DNA from: Planctomycetaceae bacterium
GTDB taxonomy: Bacteria > Planctomycetota > Planctomycetia > Pirellulales > PNKZ01
Assembly: GCA_016793115.1 (NCBI GenBank)
Contig: JAEUIN010000382.1
Coordinates: forward strand, 11,385-75,384
Length of the DNA stretch: 64,000 nucleotides
Reading direction: 5' to 3'
The position numbers and the translations under genes were made by a program. The notes under the pieces are model-generated. The model was not told the origin of the DNA. It ran no database searches and saw only the letters and a program-made list of their open reading frames with translations. The stretch's first letter is position 1; each line of letters opens with the position of its first letter. This document shows, piece by piece, positions 38,330 to 49,016 of the stretch.

Positions 38330-38878
38330 CTAGAAGATCAAATCGAGCAATCCGCCGATGATCTTCGCCGCCAGCCACACTGTGGCTCCGGCGACCACGA
38401 ACAGCACCGCACCGACGGCGGCCAAGATGCCCCAGCCGGAACCTTGATACGCCCCTTCGTCGTAATGGCGGCGCAGCAATTCGACGTTGCGATCGTTGGC
38501 CCGATAGACGAAGTCGAACACATTGCCGACGACGGGAATCGCGCCGATCAGCCCATCGATCAAGACGTTAAGCGCCATCCGCGCCGCAACGTTGCCGCTC
38601 GCGCCGTGGCGTAGCATCGTGCCGATCAGCGCCAGCGACACGGCCGATGTCGCCAAGTTGCCGACGCCCGGAATCAACCCGATGAGCGGGTCGAGCCCGA
38701 AGCGAAAGTTGGTACCCGGAACTTGATACCGACTATCCATCAACCGCGCCCAGCGCGAAATCTGCCGAACCCAATCGCCGGCCGGCGTGACGACTTCCGG
38801 GTTGTCCCAAGTGCCGCGTGCGCCGCGGGCATTGGTCTTCCCCCGATTGAATTCGTTCCAGAACGAAGAAGTGCTCAT
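38330..38878 (-). CDS. DUF4112 domain membrane protein
   Basis: RWARLMDSRYQVPGTNFRFGLDPLIGLIPGVGNLAT...IGAIPVVGNVFDFVYRAN is characteristic of DUF4112. ATG at 38878. Confidence 0.7.
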   Translation of the reverse strand: MSTSSFWNEFNRGKTNARGARGTWDNPEVVTPAGDWVRQISRWARLMDSRYQVPGTNFRFGLDPLIGLIPGVGNLATSAVSLALIGTMLRHGASGNVAARMALNVLIDGLIGAIPVVGNVFDFVYRANDRNVELLRRHYDEGAYQGSGWGILAAVGAVLFVVAGATVWLAAKIIGGLLDLIF

Positions 38879-39125
38879 AGCGGCTTGCGAAGTCCCGAGA
38901 GTCAAAATGGCATCGCATGATGCGTTGTCGGGAAAGTAATGCAGGTTCCGTACCGAATCGGCATGCGGCCCGCAGACTTGGAGCCCGCTAAGCGTCCCGA
39001 AACCGCGCCTACGCAGGCGGCGCCTCCGAAGACGCTCCCTAGAAGAGCGGTGATCGCAATTCTTTGAGCGAAATTCGATCAAGCTGCCTCGGACGAGCCG
39101 GGCCGACGTCAAGTCCGACCGGCGT

Positions 39126-40814
39126 TTACTTCGCCGGTTGTTCCGCCTTGGCCAAGCTCCGCACTTCTGCTTCCGATAGCGCGCGGCCGTAGAGCCGAAC
39201 GTCCGACATGCGTCCGCGAAAGTCGTCGTTCATGCCGCGGCCGATCAGGAGCGGCCCGTCGGTGTCGAGTGCGAATCGCTCAGCTTCGAACGCCGTCGAT
39301 CGAGCCGCTTCGCGACCGTCGACGTAGAGCGTCAACGTTCCGCCGCGCTTGATCGCGGCCACGTGATGCGAGCCCTCGGGAAATTCACTTTCCCAGGCCG
39401 CGCTTTTGCCGGCCTCGAAGGCGTAGACGTGCCCGGAGGGGAGGGTGCTGCAATAGAGCCGGCCGGCGTGTTCGGCCATCGTCCAAGCGCGGCGATACTT
39501 CACGTCGGGCGTCGTGTCGAGTTGCGTCAATCGTCGCCACGAAGCTTCCCCGTCGTATTCGTACACCTCGGCCAACGGCAGCGTGCCGGCGATTAGTCGA
39601 CCGTTGTGAACGAGCATCCCCATCACTTCCAACTCCTCGCCGAGCCGACCGACGTCGGTCCAGCGGCCGAGTTCTTCGAAGCGAAACACACGGCCGCTCG
39701 GCCAGGTGCCGACGAACAGCTTTCCTCGATACACGGCGAAGGAATACGTTTGCGTGTTATCGCCGAGCCGGCCGCAGTCGGTCCAGCGCTCGCCGTCGAA
39801 GCGATAGACTTGCCCCCCGTCGTAGCTTGTGGCGTACAAGAATCCGTCGAACACGCCGAGCGCTTCGACTCGCTTGCCGTCGGGCACGCCGCAATCGAAC
39901 CACCGACCGTCGCCCTCGTAGCGAAAGAACCCGGCAGGCTTATACAGCGACGACGCATAGAGCCGACCGCGAAACACGACCAACCCGCCGACGGCCTCGA
40001 CGCCGGACAATTGCCCGCACTCCGTCCACTTGGCGCCTTCTTCGTAGCGAAACACCTTGCCGCCGAGATTCAGGTTCTCCGACTCCGCGAGCGCCGATCC
40101 GGCGACGCGATACTTGCCGGTGCCGGCGTACAGTCGGCCGTCGAACACGGCCAAGGCGGTCACGGCGTTCGCAAGATCGGGAGCGCCGCAATCGATCCAG
40201 CGCTTCCCGCCGGCGTAGCGGTACACGCGTCCGCGCTCGGCTTTGCCCGGCTCGCAAGTGCCGGCGTAGAGCGCGCCGTCGTGCGCGGTCAATGCGAATG
40301 CCAACAGCGCTTCCCCCGGCCGGCCGCAGTCGCTCCACTCCGTCGATCGATCGTCGTCGATACCAAACTGTAGGTGCCGATGATTGGCTTGGCTGAACGT
40401 CACGCCGGCGTTGCTCTTCAACGACAATTGAAAGCCGCGCTTGCGCTCGAGGTCGTAGCGGCTGAGCAAATCGCCCGGCACGTCGTCCGTCGCTCGCGGC
40501 GACTCGACTCGCAGTGCGATACTGAAGTCGCCCGTGCCGAACTTAGGAACCAACGCGGCCGGAACCTCGAGATAAGAATCTCGACCGCGGAAGCGCGCCG
40601 ACGCTCCGGCCGCGGCCTGCCGATCGGCCGCAAACTCGACGCCGTGCGGTTGGGCATGGCGCTCATGGCCCGACACGTCGCGGCCGTCGCGATCGAGCGG
40701 CCAGCGCGCCAGCAATCCTTCGTCGAGAGTCGGCATGGCGGACGGCCGCGGCGCTTGCGCCGCTACGGCGGCGCACGATGCCGCGACGATGAACAGCGTC
40801 GACAATCGAATCAT
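39126..40814 (-). CDS. secreted LamG-like / Kelch-like beta-propeller / LamG-like protein
   Basis: Signal peptide followed by a LamG-like N-terminus. About 6 repeats ending G(A/R/K)L(Y/F)(A/V)GT. LamG-like C-terminus ending DVRLYGRALSEAEV. Confidence 0.6.
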   Translation of the reverse strand: MIRLSTLFIVAASCAAVAAQAPRPSAMPTLDEGLLARWPLDRDGRDVSGHERHAQPHGVEFAADRQAAAGASARFRGRDSYLEVPAALVPKFGTGDFSIALRVESPRATDDVPGDLLSRYDLERKRGFQLSLKSNAGVTFSQANHRHLQFGIDDDRSTEWSDCGRPGEALLAFALTAHDGALYAGTCEPGKAERGRVYRYAGGKRWIDCGAPDLANAVTALAVFDGRLYAGTGKYRVAGSALAESENLNLGGKVFRYEEGAKWTECGQLSGVEAVGGLVVFRGRLYASSLYKPAGFFRYEGDGRWFDCGVPDGKRVEALGVFDGFLYATSYDGGQVYRFDGERWTDCGRLGDNTQTYSFAVYRGKLFVGTWPSGRVFRFEELGRWTDVGRLGEELEVMGMLVHNGRLIAGTLPLAEVYEYDGEASWRRLTQLDTTPDVKYRRAWTMAEHAGRLYCSTLPSGHVYAFEAGKSAAWESEFPEGSHHVAAIKRGGTLTLYVDGREAARSTAFEAERFALDTDGPLLIGRGMNDDFRGRMSDVRLYGRALSEAEVRSLAKAEQPAK

Positions 40815-40989
40815 GGGAGCCTCGTCCGGTGAGAGAATACGAGCGACGCGATTATCGCCGCGGCGAACTGCGCGGGAAAGCGGCGCACGATTTGATAGAG
40901 CGTTCTCTCCTGCGCATGAATTTGACCGAGCGGAGGCGACGGCCGATATTGGGCGACGGCAGCCCCTCGCCGTCCGCCACGCGTTTCCA

Positions 40990-42552
40990 ATGCAATCCAT
41001 CATGCAATCCAGCCGCTTGATCGAGAACTCACAACGTCATCTGCCGTGGCTCCTCGCCGCGGTCGGCGTGTTGTTCGTCGACGGATTATCGACAATTCGC
41101 GCTTCTGGCGCGGAGCCGCCGCGAGCGTCGCGGCCGCCGAACATCGTGCTCGTGCTCGCCGACGACCTCGGCTACGGCGATCTCGCCTGTTACGGCAACT
41201 CGATCGTCAAGACGCCCCACCTCGATCGTTTCGCGCGCCAAGGCCTGCGGTTCACGCATTGCTACTCGGCCGGCGCGAATTGCTCTCCTTCGCGAGCCGG
41301 GCTCATGACCGGACGCACGCCGTATCGAGTCGGCATCCACAACCAGATTCCCTTCCTTTCGCCGATGCATCTGCGCTCCTCGGAAAAAACGATCGCCGCG
41401 CTGCTTCGCGACTTCGGTTACGACACTTGCCACGTCGGCAAGTGGCACCTCAACGGCATGTTCAATCTGCCCGGCCAGCCGCGGCCCGCCGATCACGGTT
41501 TCCGTCATTCCTTCGGCACTCAAAACAATTGCCTGCCGAACCATCGCAATCCGTACAACTTCGTCCGCAACGATATCCCGGTCGGCCCGCTCGCAGGCTA
41601 CGCTGCGCAGCTAGTCGTCGACGAGGCCGAGCGCTGGCTTCGCACCGACCGCGATCCGACAAAGCCGTTCTTTCTCTACGTCGCGTTTCACGAGCCCCAC
41701 GAACCGATTCGCTCGGCGCCCGAATTTGAAGCGATCTACGACTTCCCCGACGATCCGAGCCGCACGGCCTACTTCGCCAATATCTCACAGATGGATCATG
41801 CGTTCGGTCGGCTTGCGGCGCTGCTCGAAGAGTTGAACCTCGCCGCGGAAACGCTTGTCTGGTTCACGAGCGACAACGGCCCGGCTCGCACGAAATGGCA
41901 CAACGCCGGCTCGACCGCAGGCTTGCGCGACTACAAAGGAAGCGTCGCCGAAGGAGGGATTCGCGTACCCGGGCTGGTGCGTTGGCCCGGTCGGGTCGCG
42001 GCCGGCTCCGTAAGCGACGTTCCTGTCTGTGGGGTCGATTTCCTTCCCACGGCTTGCGCCGCGGCCGGCGTCGCCCCGCCGCACGACCGCACGCTCGACG
42101 GCACGAGTCTTTTGCCATTGTTCGGCGGCCAAGCGTTTCACCGTCGGCGTCCGCTCTATTGGCAATTCAACGACGCCTCAGGCGACCACGCGCTGGCGCT
42201 GCGCGACGGCGATTGGAAAGTCGTCGCGCGGCTTTCGTTGGCCAAGCCGCGGCAACGCGCGTCGATTACGGCCGAGGGAAACCACGTACTCCAGGAGGCG
42301 GAACCGGTCGGCTTCGAAATCTACAATCTCGCCGTCGATCCCGCTGAACAGCGGGATCTCACGGCCACCGAGCCCGCCCGAGCGGCGACGCTCCGCAAGC
42401 AACTCATCGACGCCTTTCACGAGGTCCGCGCGGAAACGCCCGTTTGGCCGACGTTTGACGACCCCGGCTATGAAGCGCCGCGGATCGAGTGGCCGAGCTA
42501 TGTCGCCAAACCGCTCACACCGCCGAAAGCGTCCGCGAAAGAGCGCGATTGA
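40990..42552 (+). CDS. secreted S1-family arylsulfatase (canonical CxPxR)
   Basis: PNIVLVLADDLGYGDLACYG and ANCSPSRAGLMTGR. ATG at 40990 (alternative at 41002). Confidence 0.85.
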   Translation: MQSIMQSSRLIENSQRHLPWLLAAVGVLFVDGLSTIRASGAEPPRASRPPNIVLVLADDLGYGDLACYGNSIVKTPHLDRFARQGLRFTHCYSAGANCSPSRAGLMTGRTPYRVGIHNQIPFLSPMHLRSSEKTIAALLRDFGYDTCHVGKWHLNGMFNLPGQPRPADHGFRHSFGTQNNCLPNHRNPYNFVRNDIPVGPLAGYAAQLVVDEAERWLRTDRDPTKPFFLYVAFHEPHEPIRSAPEFEAIYDFPDDPSRTAYFANISQMDHAFGRLAALLEELNLAAETLVWFTSDNGPARTKWHNAGSTAGLRDYKGSVAEGGIRVPGLVRWPGRVAAGSVSDVPVCGVDFLPTACAAAGVAPPHDRTLDGTSLLPLFGGQAFHRRRPLYWQFNDASGDHALALRDGDWKVVARLSLAKPRQRASITAEGNHVLQEAEPVGFEIYNLAVDPAEQRDLTATEPARAATLRKQLIDAFHEVRAETPVWPTFDDPGYEAPRIEWPSYVAKPLTPPKASAKERD

Positions 42553-42836
42553 CGCTCTCGGCCGCAGTCGCCCGCCGCGAACTAAACGACTTGTAATATA
42601 CGTCCGCCTTGGCGGCACCGGACCAAGCGACGTAAATAACCTTAGAGCGTCGCGGTCTGGGAGCATGGCCGTTTGCCACGCGGCCTGTGAACCCACCCAT
42701 CGCGGCGGCAAGCGAGTCCGGCGGAAGCTTTTTTGTCGGCCGGAATCGCGTTCCCCTTCTACAATGAGGGGGACTGGAACACCCGCCTCGCCGCCGGCCG
42801 GATCGTCGCCGGCCCACCACGTCGCCCGAATTCATC

Positions 42837-45800
42837 GTGACACAACTCCATACGCACGCTGCGACGGCTTCTTCCGACGCCGGGGAACCCTCCCCTTTGA
42901 TCGACCGCCTCAACGCCGCGATCGATCGCGCCGGCGAACTCCTGCCGGCGCAAGGACCGATCACGGCGTTCGTGTTCCTCAACACTCTGCAAGCGCTGGA
43001 AGATCTGCCGTTCGACGAAGGGCTGCGCCGCGGCGCGAAGTTGTTCGGGTTTCGCCCCTATCTGGGCGAGGAGCAATATCGCGAAAAACTGGCGCACGGG
43101 CGGATCCGTCATGCCGACCTGCGGGCCGTGCTGACCGACGATCTCGGCGAACAAGCCGCGACGCCCGTCTGTTGTCGGACGTCGCGATTCGATCTGCGAT
43201 TGGCGATGTTGGAGCACTCCCTACGCACCGGTCCGGCGGAGGAACTTCGCTGGTTCGTCGCCGAGACGGACGCCTTAAGCCGCATGCGTCCGGAAGTCGA
43301 CGCCGAAACGCGCGAACGCATCATCGAAGAAACCAAGCATTGGGTGATGCGCGACTTGCGCTCGGCTCACGCCCGAGAGCAAAACGGCGGTGCGCCGCAC
43401 TCCGAGACGCCCGAGCGATTTCTTTTCCGCGACTTGTTCGAGAAGCACGACGAAGCCGCGATGGAGCGTTGGGGCTCCGGGCGCTGGGAAGCGGCGACGC
43501 TGCAGGCTTTGTGGCGCATCTGCCGCGACGGCGTCGTCGGTCACGCGCCGGCTCGCTCGCTGTTTCAAGCCGTGCGGCATCGCGACTACCTGCTCGAAGC
43601 GACTAACGTCGACAGCGATTTGCTCGTCAACGAGATTTTGATCCGGTTCTGCGCAGCGTTTACCGATCAGGGCTTCGCCGATTGGGCCCTGCCGAATCGC
43701 AATCAAGGATTCTTTCGTTCGTTCTGTGTCGTGCACGGCCGGCCGGCAGGACCGCCCGAACCGTGGCAAGCCGGTCTCGCCGACGAGTTGCGCCGGCTCG
43801 AACATGAAGACATCGGCCCGCGCGAGTCCATCTTGGCGTCGCTCGATGAGTTGGGCGTCGGCGAACCGGAGTGGAACGACTTCATCGCCGCCTCGCTGAT
43901 CGCGCTCCGCGGCTGGGCCGGGCTCATCCGTCAAAACGAAGTGCGGGCCGACCGCGTGGCGATTCCCGTGCCGCAAGGGAGCCTCGTCGAGTTTCTCGCG
44001 GTTCGTTTAATCCTCGAGCGTTGGGCCCTGCGCTACGTCGCCAAGACGGCGCTCGGCTTCACCGGACCGCTGATCGAGCTGCGCGAAGCGGCGCTGGCCA
44101 ATCTTTATCGCCGCAACGGTTCGCAAGACGTGCAGCGGGCATTTCAGATCTTTCAGATCGCCCAAATCCGCGGCTGGAGCCCGCGCGAACTCCTGCAACT
44201 CTCTCGCCGCGATTGGGCGCAGTTGATCGATGAAATCGAAAGCTTTCCGGGGCTGGAACGTCGCCGCATCTTCCACCACGCTTTCGAGCGCCGCTTTCGC
44301 AACCAAGTGCTCGACGCGTTCACGCTCCACACCCGCAGCGCGCCGCGCACCGTGGCCGAGCCGAAATTCCAGTCGGTCTACTGCATCGACACGCGCGAAG
44401 AATCCTTCCGCCGCCACTTGGAGGAGATCGAGCCCGACGCCGAGACGTTCGGCGCGCCGGGCTTCTACGGCGTGGCGATGTACTATCGCGGCGCGGCCGA
44501 CGCGCACTTTTCGACGCTCTGCCCGATCGTCGTCAAACCGCAGCACTGGGTGACAGAAGAAGTCGTCTATTCGCTGGAAGAGAGCCATAAGCGGCGGGCA
44601 CGCACCCGCAAGGCGCTCGGCACGGCCTCGCATCAGGTTCACGTCGGCAGCCGCAGCATCGCCCGCGGCGCGCTCCTCACCGCGGGCGTCGGCGTGTTGG
44701 CCTCGATTCCGCTCGTGGCCCGGGTCTTGTTTCCCCGGCTCACGGCCCACATTCGCCGCAGCGCCGGGGCGTTCATGCAACCGCCGGTCGTCACGCGCTT
44801 GGTGCTCGAGCGCGTGCAAGACCCGCCGGGTCCGGAAGACGACCACGTCGGCTTCACGGTGCCGGAAATGGCCGAGCGCGCCGAGCGGTTTCTCCGCGAC
44901 ATCGGCCTGACGTACAACTTCGCGCGGCTCGTCTTCTTCTTCGGCCATGGTTCGTTTTGCTTGAACAATCCGCACAAATCCGCCTACGACTGCGGAGCCT
45001 GCTCCGGCGCGGCCGGCGCCCCCAATGCCCGAGCCCTCGCCGCGTTTCTCAATGATCGCCGCGTGCGCACGATTCTCCACGACCGCGGTCTCGCGATTCC
45101 CGACACCACGGTGTTCGTCGGCGGCTTGCACAACACTTGCGCCGACAAGATCACTTACTTCGACCTGGATTTGCTGCCGAAATCGCACCGCCGCGACTTC
45201 GAGTCGGCCGTCGGCACGCTGGAGCGGGTCTGCGAACGCAACGCCCATGAACGCTGCCGCCGCTTCGATTCCGCGCCGCTCGACATCTCGTTCCCGGCGG
45301 CGCGACGACACGTCGAAAATCGCTCGGAAGACCTGGCGCAAACCCGACCGGAGTTCGGCAACGCGACGAACGCCGTGTGTTACGTCGGCCGGCGCAGCCG
45401 CAACCGCGGGCTGTATCTTGATCGCCGCTGCTTCATGAACTCCTACGACCCGACGCAGGACGACAAAGACTGCACGATTCTCGGGAGAATTCTCTCGGCC
45501 GCCGTGCCGGTGTGCGAAGGGATCAACCTGCAATACTATTTCTCCTACGTCGATTCGCCCGGCTGGGGGAGCGGCACCAAGTTGCCGCACAACGTGACGT
45601 CGCTGTTGGGCGTGATGGACGGCGCGGCAAGCGATCTGCGTACCGGACTTCCTTGGCAAGGCGTGGAAATCCACGAACCGCTCCGCTGTCTCTTCATTTT
45701 GGAGACGACGCCGGAGGGAATTCTCGGCATCATGGAGCGCAATCCGGTCGTCGGCAAAATCTTGCGCAACGGCTGGAGCCAGCTCGCCGTGATCGATCCG

Positions 45801-45944
45801 CACTCGCCGCAAATCCAGGTCTATCGCAACGGCCGCTTCGAGCCGTATACGCCGGAGATCGACGAATTGCCCCGCTCGCCGAGTTCGACCGATTGGTATC
45901 GCGGCTGGCGCGAGCACCTTGAGTTCGCCGTCATCGATCCGTAG
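42837..45944 (+). CDS. dabA: DUF2309 / DabA-like subunit of a DAB-type inorganic carbon pump
   Basis: 1035 aa with a GTG start. N-terminal [13 protein letters not shown]. Putative Zn-site residues C516-x-D518 (YCIDTRE) and H704-x14-C719 (GHGSFC...YDCGAC). Followed by a NuoL-like gene. Confidence 0.8.
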   Translation: MTQLHTHAATASSDAGEPSPLIDRLNAAIDRAGELLPAQGPITAFVFLNTLQALEDLPFDEGLRRGAKLFGFRPYLGEEQYREKLAHGRIRHADLRAVLTDDLGEQAATPVCCRTSRFDLRLAMLEHSLRTGPAEELRWFVAETDALSRMRPEVDAETRERIIEETKHWVMRDLRSAHAREQNGGAPHSETPERFLFRDLFEKHDEAAMERWGSGRWEAATLQALWRICRDGVVGHAPARSLFQAVRHRDYLLEATNVDSDLLVNEILIRFCAAFTDQGFADWALPNRNQGFFRSFCVVHGRPAGPPEPWQAGLADELRRLEHEDIGPRESILASLDELGVGEPEWNDFIAASLIALRGWAGLIRQNEVRADRVAIPVPQGSLVEFLAVRLILERWALRYVAKTALGFTGPLIELREAALANLYRRNGSQDVQRAFQIFQIAQIRGWSPRELLQLSRRDWAQLIDEIESFPGLERRRIFHHAFERRFRNQVLDAFTLHTRSAPRTVAEPKFQSVYCIDTREESFRRHLEEIEPDAETFGAPGFYGVAMYYRGAADAHFSTLCPIVVKPQHWVTEEVVYSLEESHKRRARTRKALGTASHQVHVGSRSIARGALLTAGVGVLASIPLVARVLFPRLTAHIRRSAGAFMQPPVVTRLVLERVQDPPGPEDDHVGFTVPEMAERAERFLRDIGLTYNFARLVFFFGHGSFCLNNPHKSAYDCGACSGAAGAPNARALAAFLNDRRVRTILHDRGLAIPDTTVFVGGLHNTCADKITYFDLDLLPKSHRRDFESAVGTLERVCERNAHERCRRFDSAPLDISFPAARRHVENRSEDLAQTRPEFGNATNAVCYVGRRSRNRGLYLDRRCFMNSYDPTQDDKDCTILGRILSAAVPVCEGINLQYYFSYVDSPGWGSGTKLPHNVTSLLGVMDGAASDLRTGLPWQGVEIHEPLRCLFILETTPEGILGIMERNPVVGKILRNGWSQLAVIDPHSPQIQVYRNGRFEPYTPEIDELPRSPSSTDWYRGWREHLEFAVIDP

Positions 45945-45993
45945 TTTGCGTCGCCGCCCGTCACTCGCATTCGCCCGACGACTTGATTGCCGC

Positions 45994-47493
45994 ATGAACT
46001 ATCTCATTCAACGCCTCGCCGACGCCGCCGACATGGAAACCGGCGCGTTTGTGCGCGGGCTGATCACGTTTTTCGGCGAACTGGTCGTCGCGGCGCCGAC
46101 CATCTTGGTGTTGCTGCTCGGACTCACCTCGCTGATCGGCCGGCCGTTTCGCGAACGCACGATCGGCCGTTTGGTGCACATCGCCGTCGGCGTCGGCCTT
46201 GCGGCGGCGGTCGTCTTGCTGTTGCTGATGATCGGCCTCGATCGGCGGCATGAGGCGATCCGGCTCGGCAACTGGGTGAACATCGAAAGCCATTCGCTGA
46301 CGCACCATTTCCACTACCACTTCGCCATCAAGTTCCTCTTCGATCGCCTGTCGGTCCCGTTCGTGATCCTGACGTTCGTGCTCTGCGGCACGATCGGCCA
46401 GTTCGGCATTAAATACATGCACCGCGAAGCCGGCTTCAACCGGTTCTTCGCGCTCTACGCCCTCTTCATGCTCGGCATGATCGTGACCTCGCTGGCCGGC
46501 ACGATCGAGACGCTCTTCGCCGGCTGGGAACTTGTCGGCCTCTCCAGCGCGCTGCTGGTGGCGTTCTATCACGAACGGCGAGCGCCGGTCGCCAACGGGC
46601 TCCGCGTCTGGATCGTCTATCGCGTGTCCGACGCCGCGCTGTTGTTCGCCTCCGTGGCTCTACACCATATGCGCGGCGGCGGCGACTTCGATCAATTCCT
46701 CGGCAGCGTCTCCTGGCCGGAAGGCGTCGCCATGCTCTCGCACGGTCAAGCGGTGCTGGTCGGCTCGCTGCTGCTCATCGCCGCGGCCGGCAAATCGGCG
46801 CTCGTCCCCTTCTCCGGCTGGCTGCCGCGCGCGATGGAAGGCCCGACCCCGTCGAGCGCAGTTTTCTACGGCGCGCTCTCGGTCCACCTCGGCGCGTTCT
46901 TGTTGCTCCGCTGCTCGCCCATCTTGGAACTCAGCACCGGCTTGAGCGTGGTCGTCGTCGTTCTGGGGCTCGTCTCGTCGATGTTCTCGGCCTTCGCCGG
47001 ACGCGTGCAAACCGACATCAAAAGCGCGCTGTCGTTCGCTTCGCTCACGCAAGTCGGCATCATCGTCGCCGAAATCGGCGCGGCCTCGCTGATCTCGATT
47101 CACTACAGCAAGTCGGCGGGCCAATTCCTCCGTTATCTCACGCTAATCCACATTCTCGGCCACGCCTGCCTGCGCACGCTGCAGTTCGTACGCGCTCCCA
47201 CGCTGCTGCACGACTATCGGCTGTTGGAGAACGCGCTCGGTCGCTATTTGCCGCACGAAACCACGCTCGCCGAGCGCATCTTGCCGCCCGGCACGCGCAC
47301 CTGGTTCTATCGATTCGCGCTCGAACGCGGTTATCTCGACACCGTGCTGGCGACGCTCTTCGTGCGGCCGGTGTTGTTCGTGTTCCGCGCTTGCGATCGC
47401 GTCGAGCGCTCCTGGCTGCAAAAGCTGTCCGGCGAACCGCAACGCGACGACGCCGCCCCCGTCTCGACCGGCACCCTTGACGACTTGGCATGA
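45994..47493 (+). CDS. dabB: NuoL/MrpA-like proton-conducting membrane subunit (DabB-like)
   Basis: Canonical antiporter-like motifs [24 protein letters not shown] and [18 protein letters not shown] at 45994. Confidence 0.8.
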   Translation: MNYLIQRLADAADMETGAFVRGLITFFGELVVAAPTILVLLLGLTSLIGRPFRERTIGRLVHIAVGVGLAAAVVLLLLMIGLDRRHEAIRLGNWVNIESHSLTHHFHYHFAIKFLFDRLSVPFVILTFVLCGTIGQFGIKYMHREAGFNRFFALYALFMLGMIVTSLAGTIETLFAGWELVGLSSALLVAFYHERRAPVANGLRVWIVYRVSDAALLFASVALHHMRGGGDFDQFLGSVSWPEGVAMLSHGQAVLVGSLLLIAAAGKSALVPFSGWLPRAMEGPTPSSAVFYGALSVHLGAFLLLRCSPILELSTGLSVVVVVLGLVSSMFSAFAGRVQTDIKSALSFASLTQVGIIVAEIGAASLISIHYSKSAGQFLRYLTLIHILGHACLRTLQFVRAPTLLHDYRLLENALGRYLPHETTLAERILPPGTRTWFYRFALERGYLDTVLATLFVRPVLFVFRACDRVERSWLQKLSGEPQRDDAAPVSTGTLDDLA

Positions 47494-49010
47494 ACGAGCT
47501 GCATTTTCCGTTTATCGAACTCGCCGTCGTGATCCCGCTCGTCGGGTCGGCGCTTGTCGCACGCGTGCGCGACCCTCAACGAGCCCTCCGCTGCTCGGTC
47601 GCGCTGACCGGCCTGACGTTCCTCGCGGCCGTGGCCGCTTGGCTCGACTACGGCTGGCTGCAATCGGCGCTGAAGTCGGGCGAATACGTGCTCGAAGCGC
47701 ACGATCGCTGGCATCTCATGCAGCGGCTGACCAACCGCGAACTCTTCACGATCGACCAACTCAGCGCCCCGTTGCTGCCGCTGGGCGCCTTGCTCTACTT
47801 TCTCACTTCGGTCGCCACGCTCCGCACGAAGCTCAACCGCGTGTCGTTTACGTCGACGCTCGCTTCCGAAGCCGTGCTTTTGGCCACGTTCGCCACCAAC
47901 GTCTCCTGGCTCATCATCGCCTTGCTGATCGTCGGCGCGGCGCCGCCCTATTTCGAACTCCGCGCTCGCGGCTCCAACGGCCGCGTCTACGCCCTGCATA
48001 TGCTGCTCTTCACCGTGCTGCTTGTCGCCGGCTGGGTCGGCGTGCAGGCCGATCAAACGGCCGGCCGCGCTCCCTGGGTCGCCTCGATCGCGCTCCTAGC
48101 GGCCATGCTCATCCGCGGCGGCGTGTTTCCTTTTCACACTTGGATGATCGACCTCTTCCAACGCGCCAGCTTCGGCACGGCGCTGTTGTTCGTCACGCCG
48201 ATGGTCGGGGCCTACGGCGCGATTCGCCTCGTCCTCCCCTACGCTCCCGACGCCGTGCTCCGCAGCCTCGGCATGGTCTCGCTGTTCACGGCCGTCTACG
48301 CCGCCGGCATGGCGCTCGTGCAGCGCGAAGCTCGTCGCTTCTTTTGCTACATCCTGCTCAGCCACTCGGCGCTCGTCTTCGTCGGGCTCGAGATGGTCAA
48401 ACCGGTCGGCATGACCGGCGCTTTGTGCGTCTGGCTCTCCGTCGGCCTCTCGCTCGGCGGCTTCGGCCTTACGCTCCGCGCCCTGGAAGCCCGCCGCGGC
48501 CGGCTGCTGCTCGTCGACTATCAAGGGCTCTACGAACACACGCCGTCGCTTGCGGTCTGCTTCGTGCTCACCGGACTCGCCAGCGTCGGCTTCCCCGGCA
48601 CCATCGGCTTCATCGGCGCCGAACTCTTGGTCGACGGCGCGGTGCAGACCTATCCCTCCGTCGGCCTCGCCGTCGTCGTCGCCGCCGCTCTCAACGGCAT
48701 CGCACTCGTGCGGGCCTACTTCCTCCTCTTCACCGGCACGCGTTACCAATCGAGCATCGCTCTCGGTATCGTTCTGCGCGAGCGCTTGGCCATGCTCACG
48801 TTCATGGCTCTGATCTTCATCGGCGGCTTCGTTCCGCAATGGGGCGTGCTGGCCCGCTACCACGCCGCCGAGGAAGTGCTCGAAGTTCACGACAGGACGT
48901 CGCTCGAACACGACGACGAACACGACGACGAGCATTCCGACGACGACTCGGACGACGACGACCACGAGCACGAAGACGACGAGTGGTATCTCGATTATCT
49001 CGACGACTAG
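47490..49010 (+). CDS. second, divergent NuoM/NuoN-like antiporter-type membrane subunit with poly-Asp/His tail
   Basis: ATGA start/stop overlap with dabB. Complex-I subunit-4-like fold ([27 protein letters not shown]). C-terminal [34 protein letters not shown]. Confidence 0.7.
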   Translation: MNELHFPFIELAVVIPLVGSALVARVRDPQRALRCSVALTGLTFLAAVAAWLDYGWLQSALKSGEYVLEAHDRWHLMQRLTNRELFTIDQLSAPLLPLGALLYFLTSVATLRTKLNRVSFTSTLASEAVLLATFATNVSWLIIALLIVGAAPPYFELRARGSNGRVYALHMLLFTVLLVAGWVGVQADQTAGRAPWVASIALLAAMLIRGGVFPFHTWMIDLFQRASFGTALLFVTPMVGAYGAIRLVLPYAPDAVLRSLGMVSLFTAVYAAGMALVQREARRFFCYILLSHSALVFVGLEMVKPVGMTGALCVWLSVGLSLGGFGLTLRALEARRGRLLLVDYQGLYEHTPSLAVCFVLTGLASVGFPGTIGFIGAELLVDGAVQTYPSVGLAVVVAAALNGIALVRAYFLLFTGTRYQSSIALGIVLRERLAMLTFMALIFIGGFVPQWGVLARYHAAEEVLEVHDRTSLEHDDEHDDEHSDDDSDDDDHEHEDDEWYLDYLDD

Positions 49011-49016
49011 CCGCGG

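Noticed and set aside
42733-42765. TACAAT hexamer at 42760-42765 as a dabA promoter -10 element.
   Set aside because: The nearest -35-like TTGTCG is 21 nt away, which is too long, and no other support exists. Not reported as a feature.
44007-45995. 662-aa minus-strand ORF antisense to dabA. Similar long antisense ORFs occur at 18163-19413, 2796-3887, 37039-38211, 50555-52279, 53898-55286 and 43275-43976.
   Set aside because: Each lies opposite a CDS with strong family signatures and has the Arg/Ala/Gly-dominated composition of non-coding frames in GC-rich genomes.
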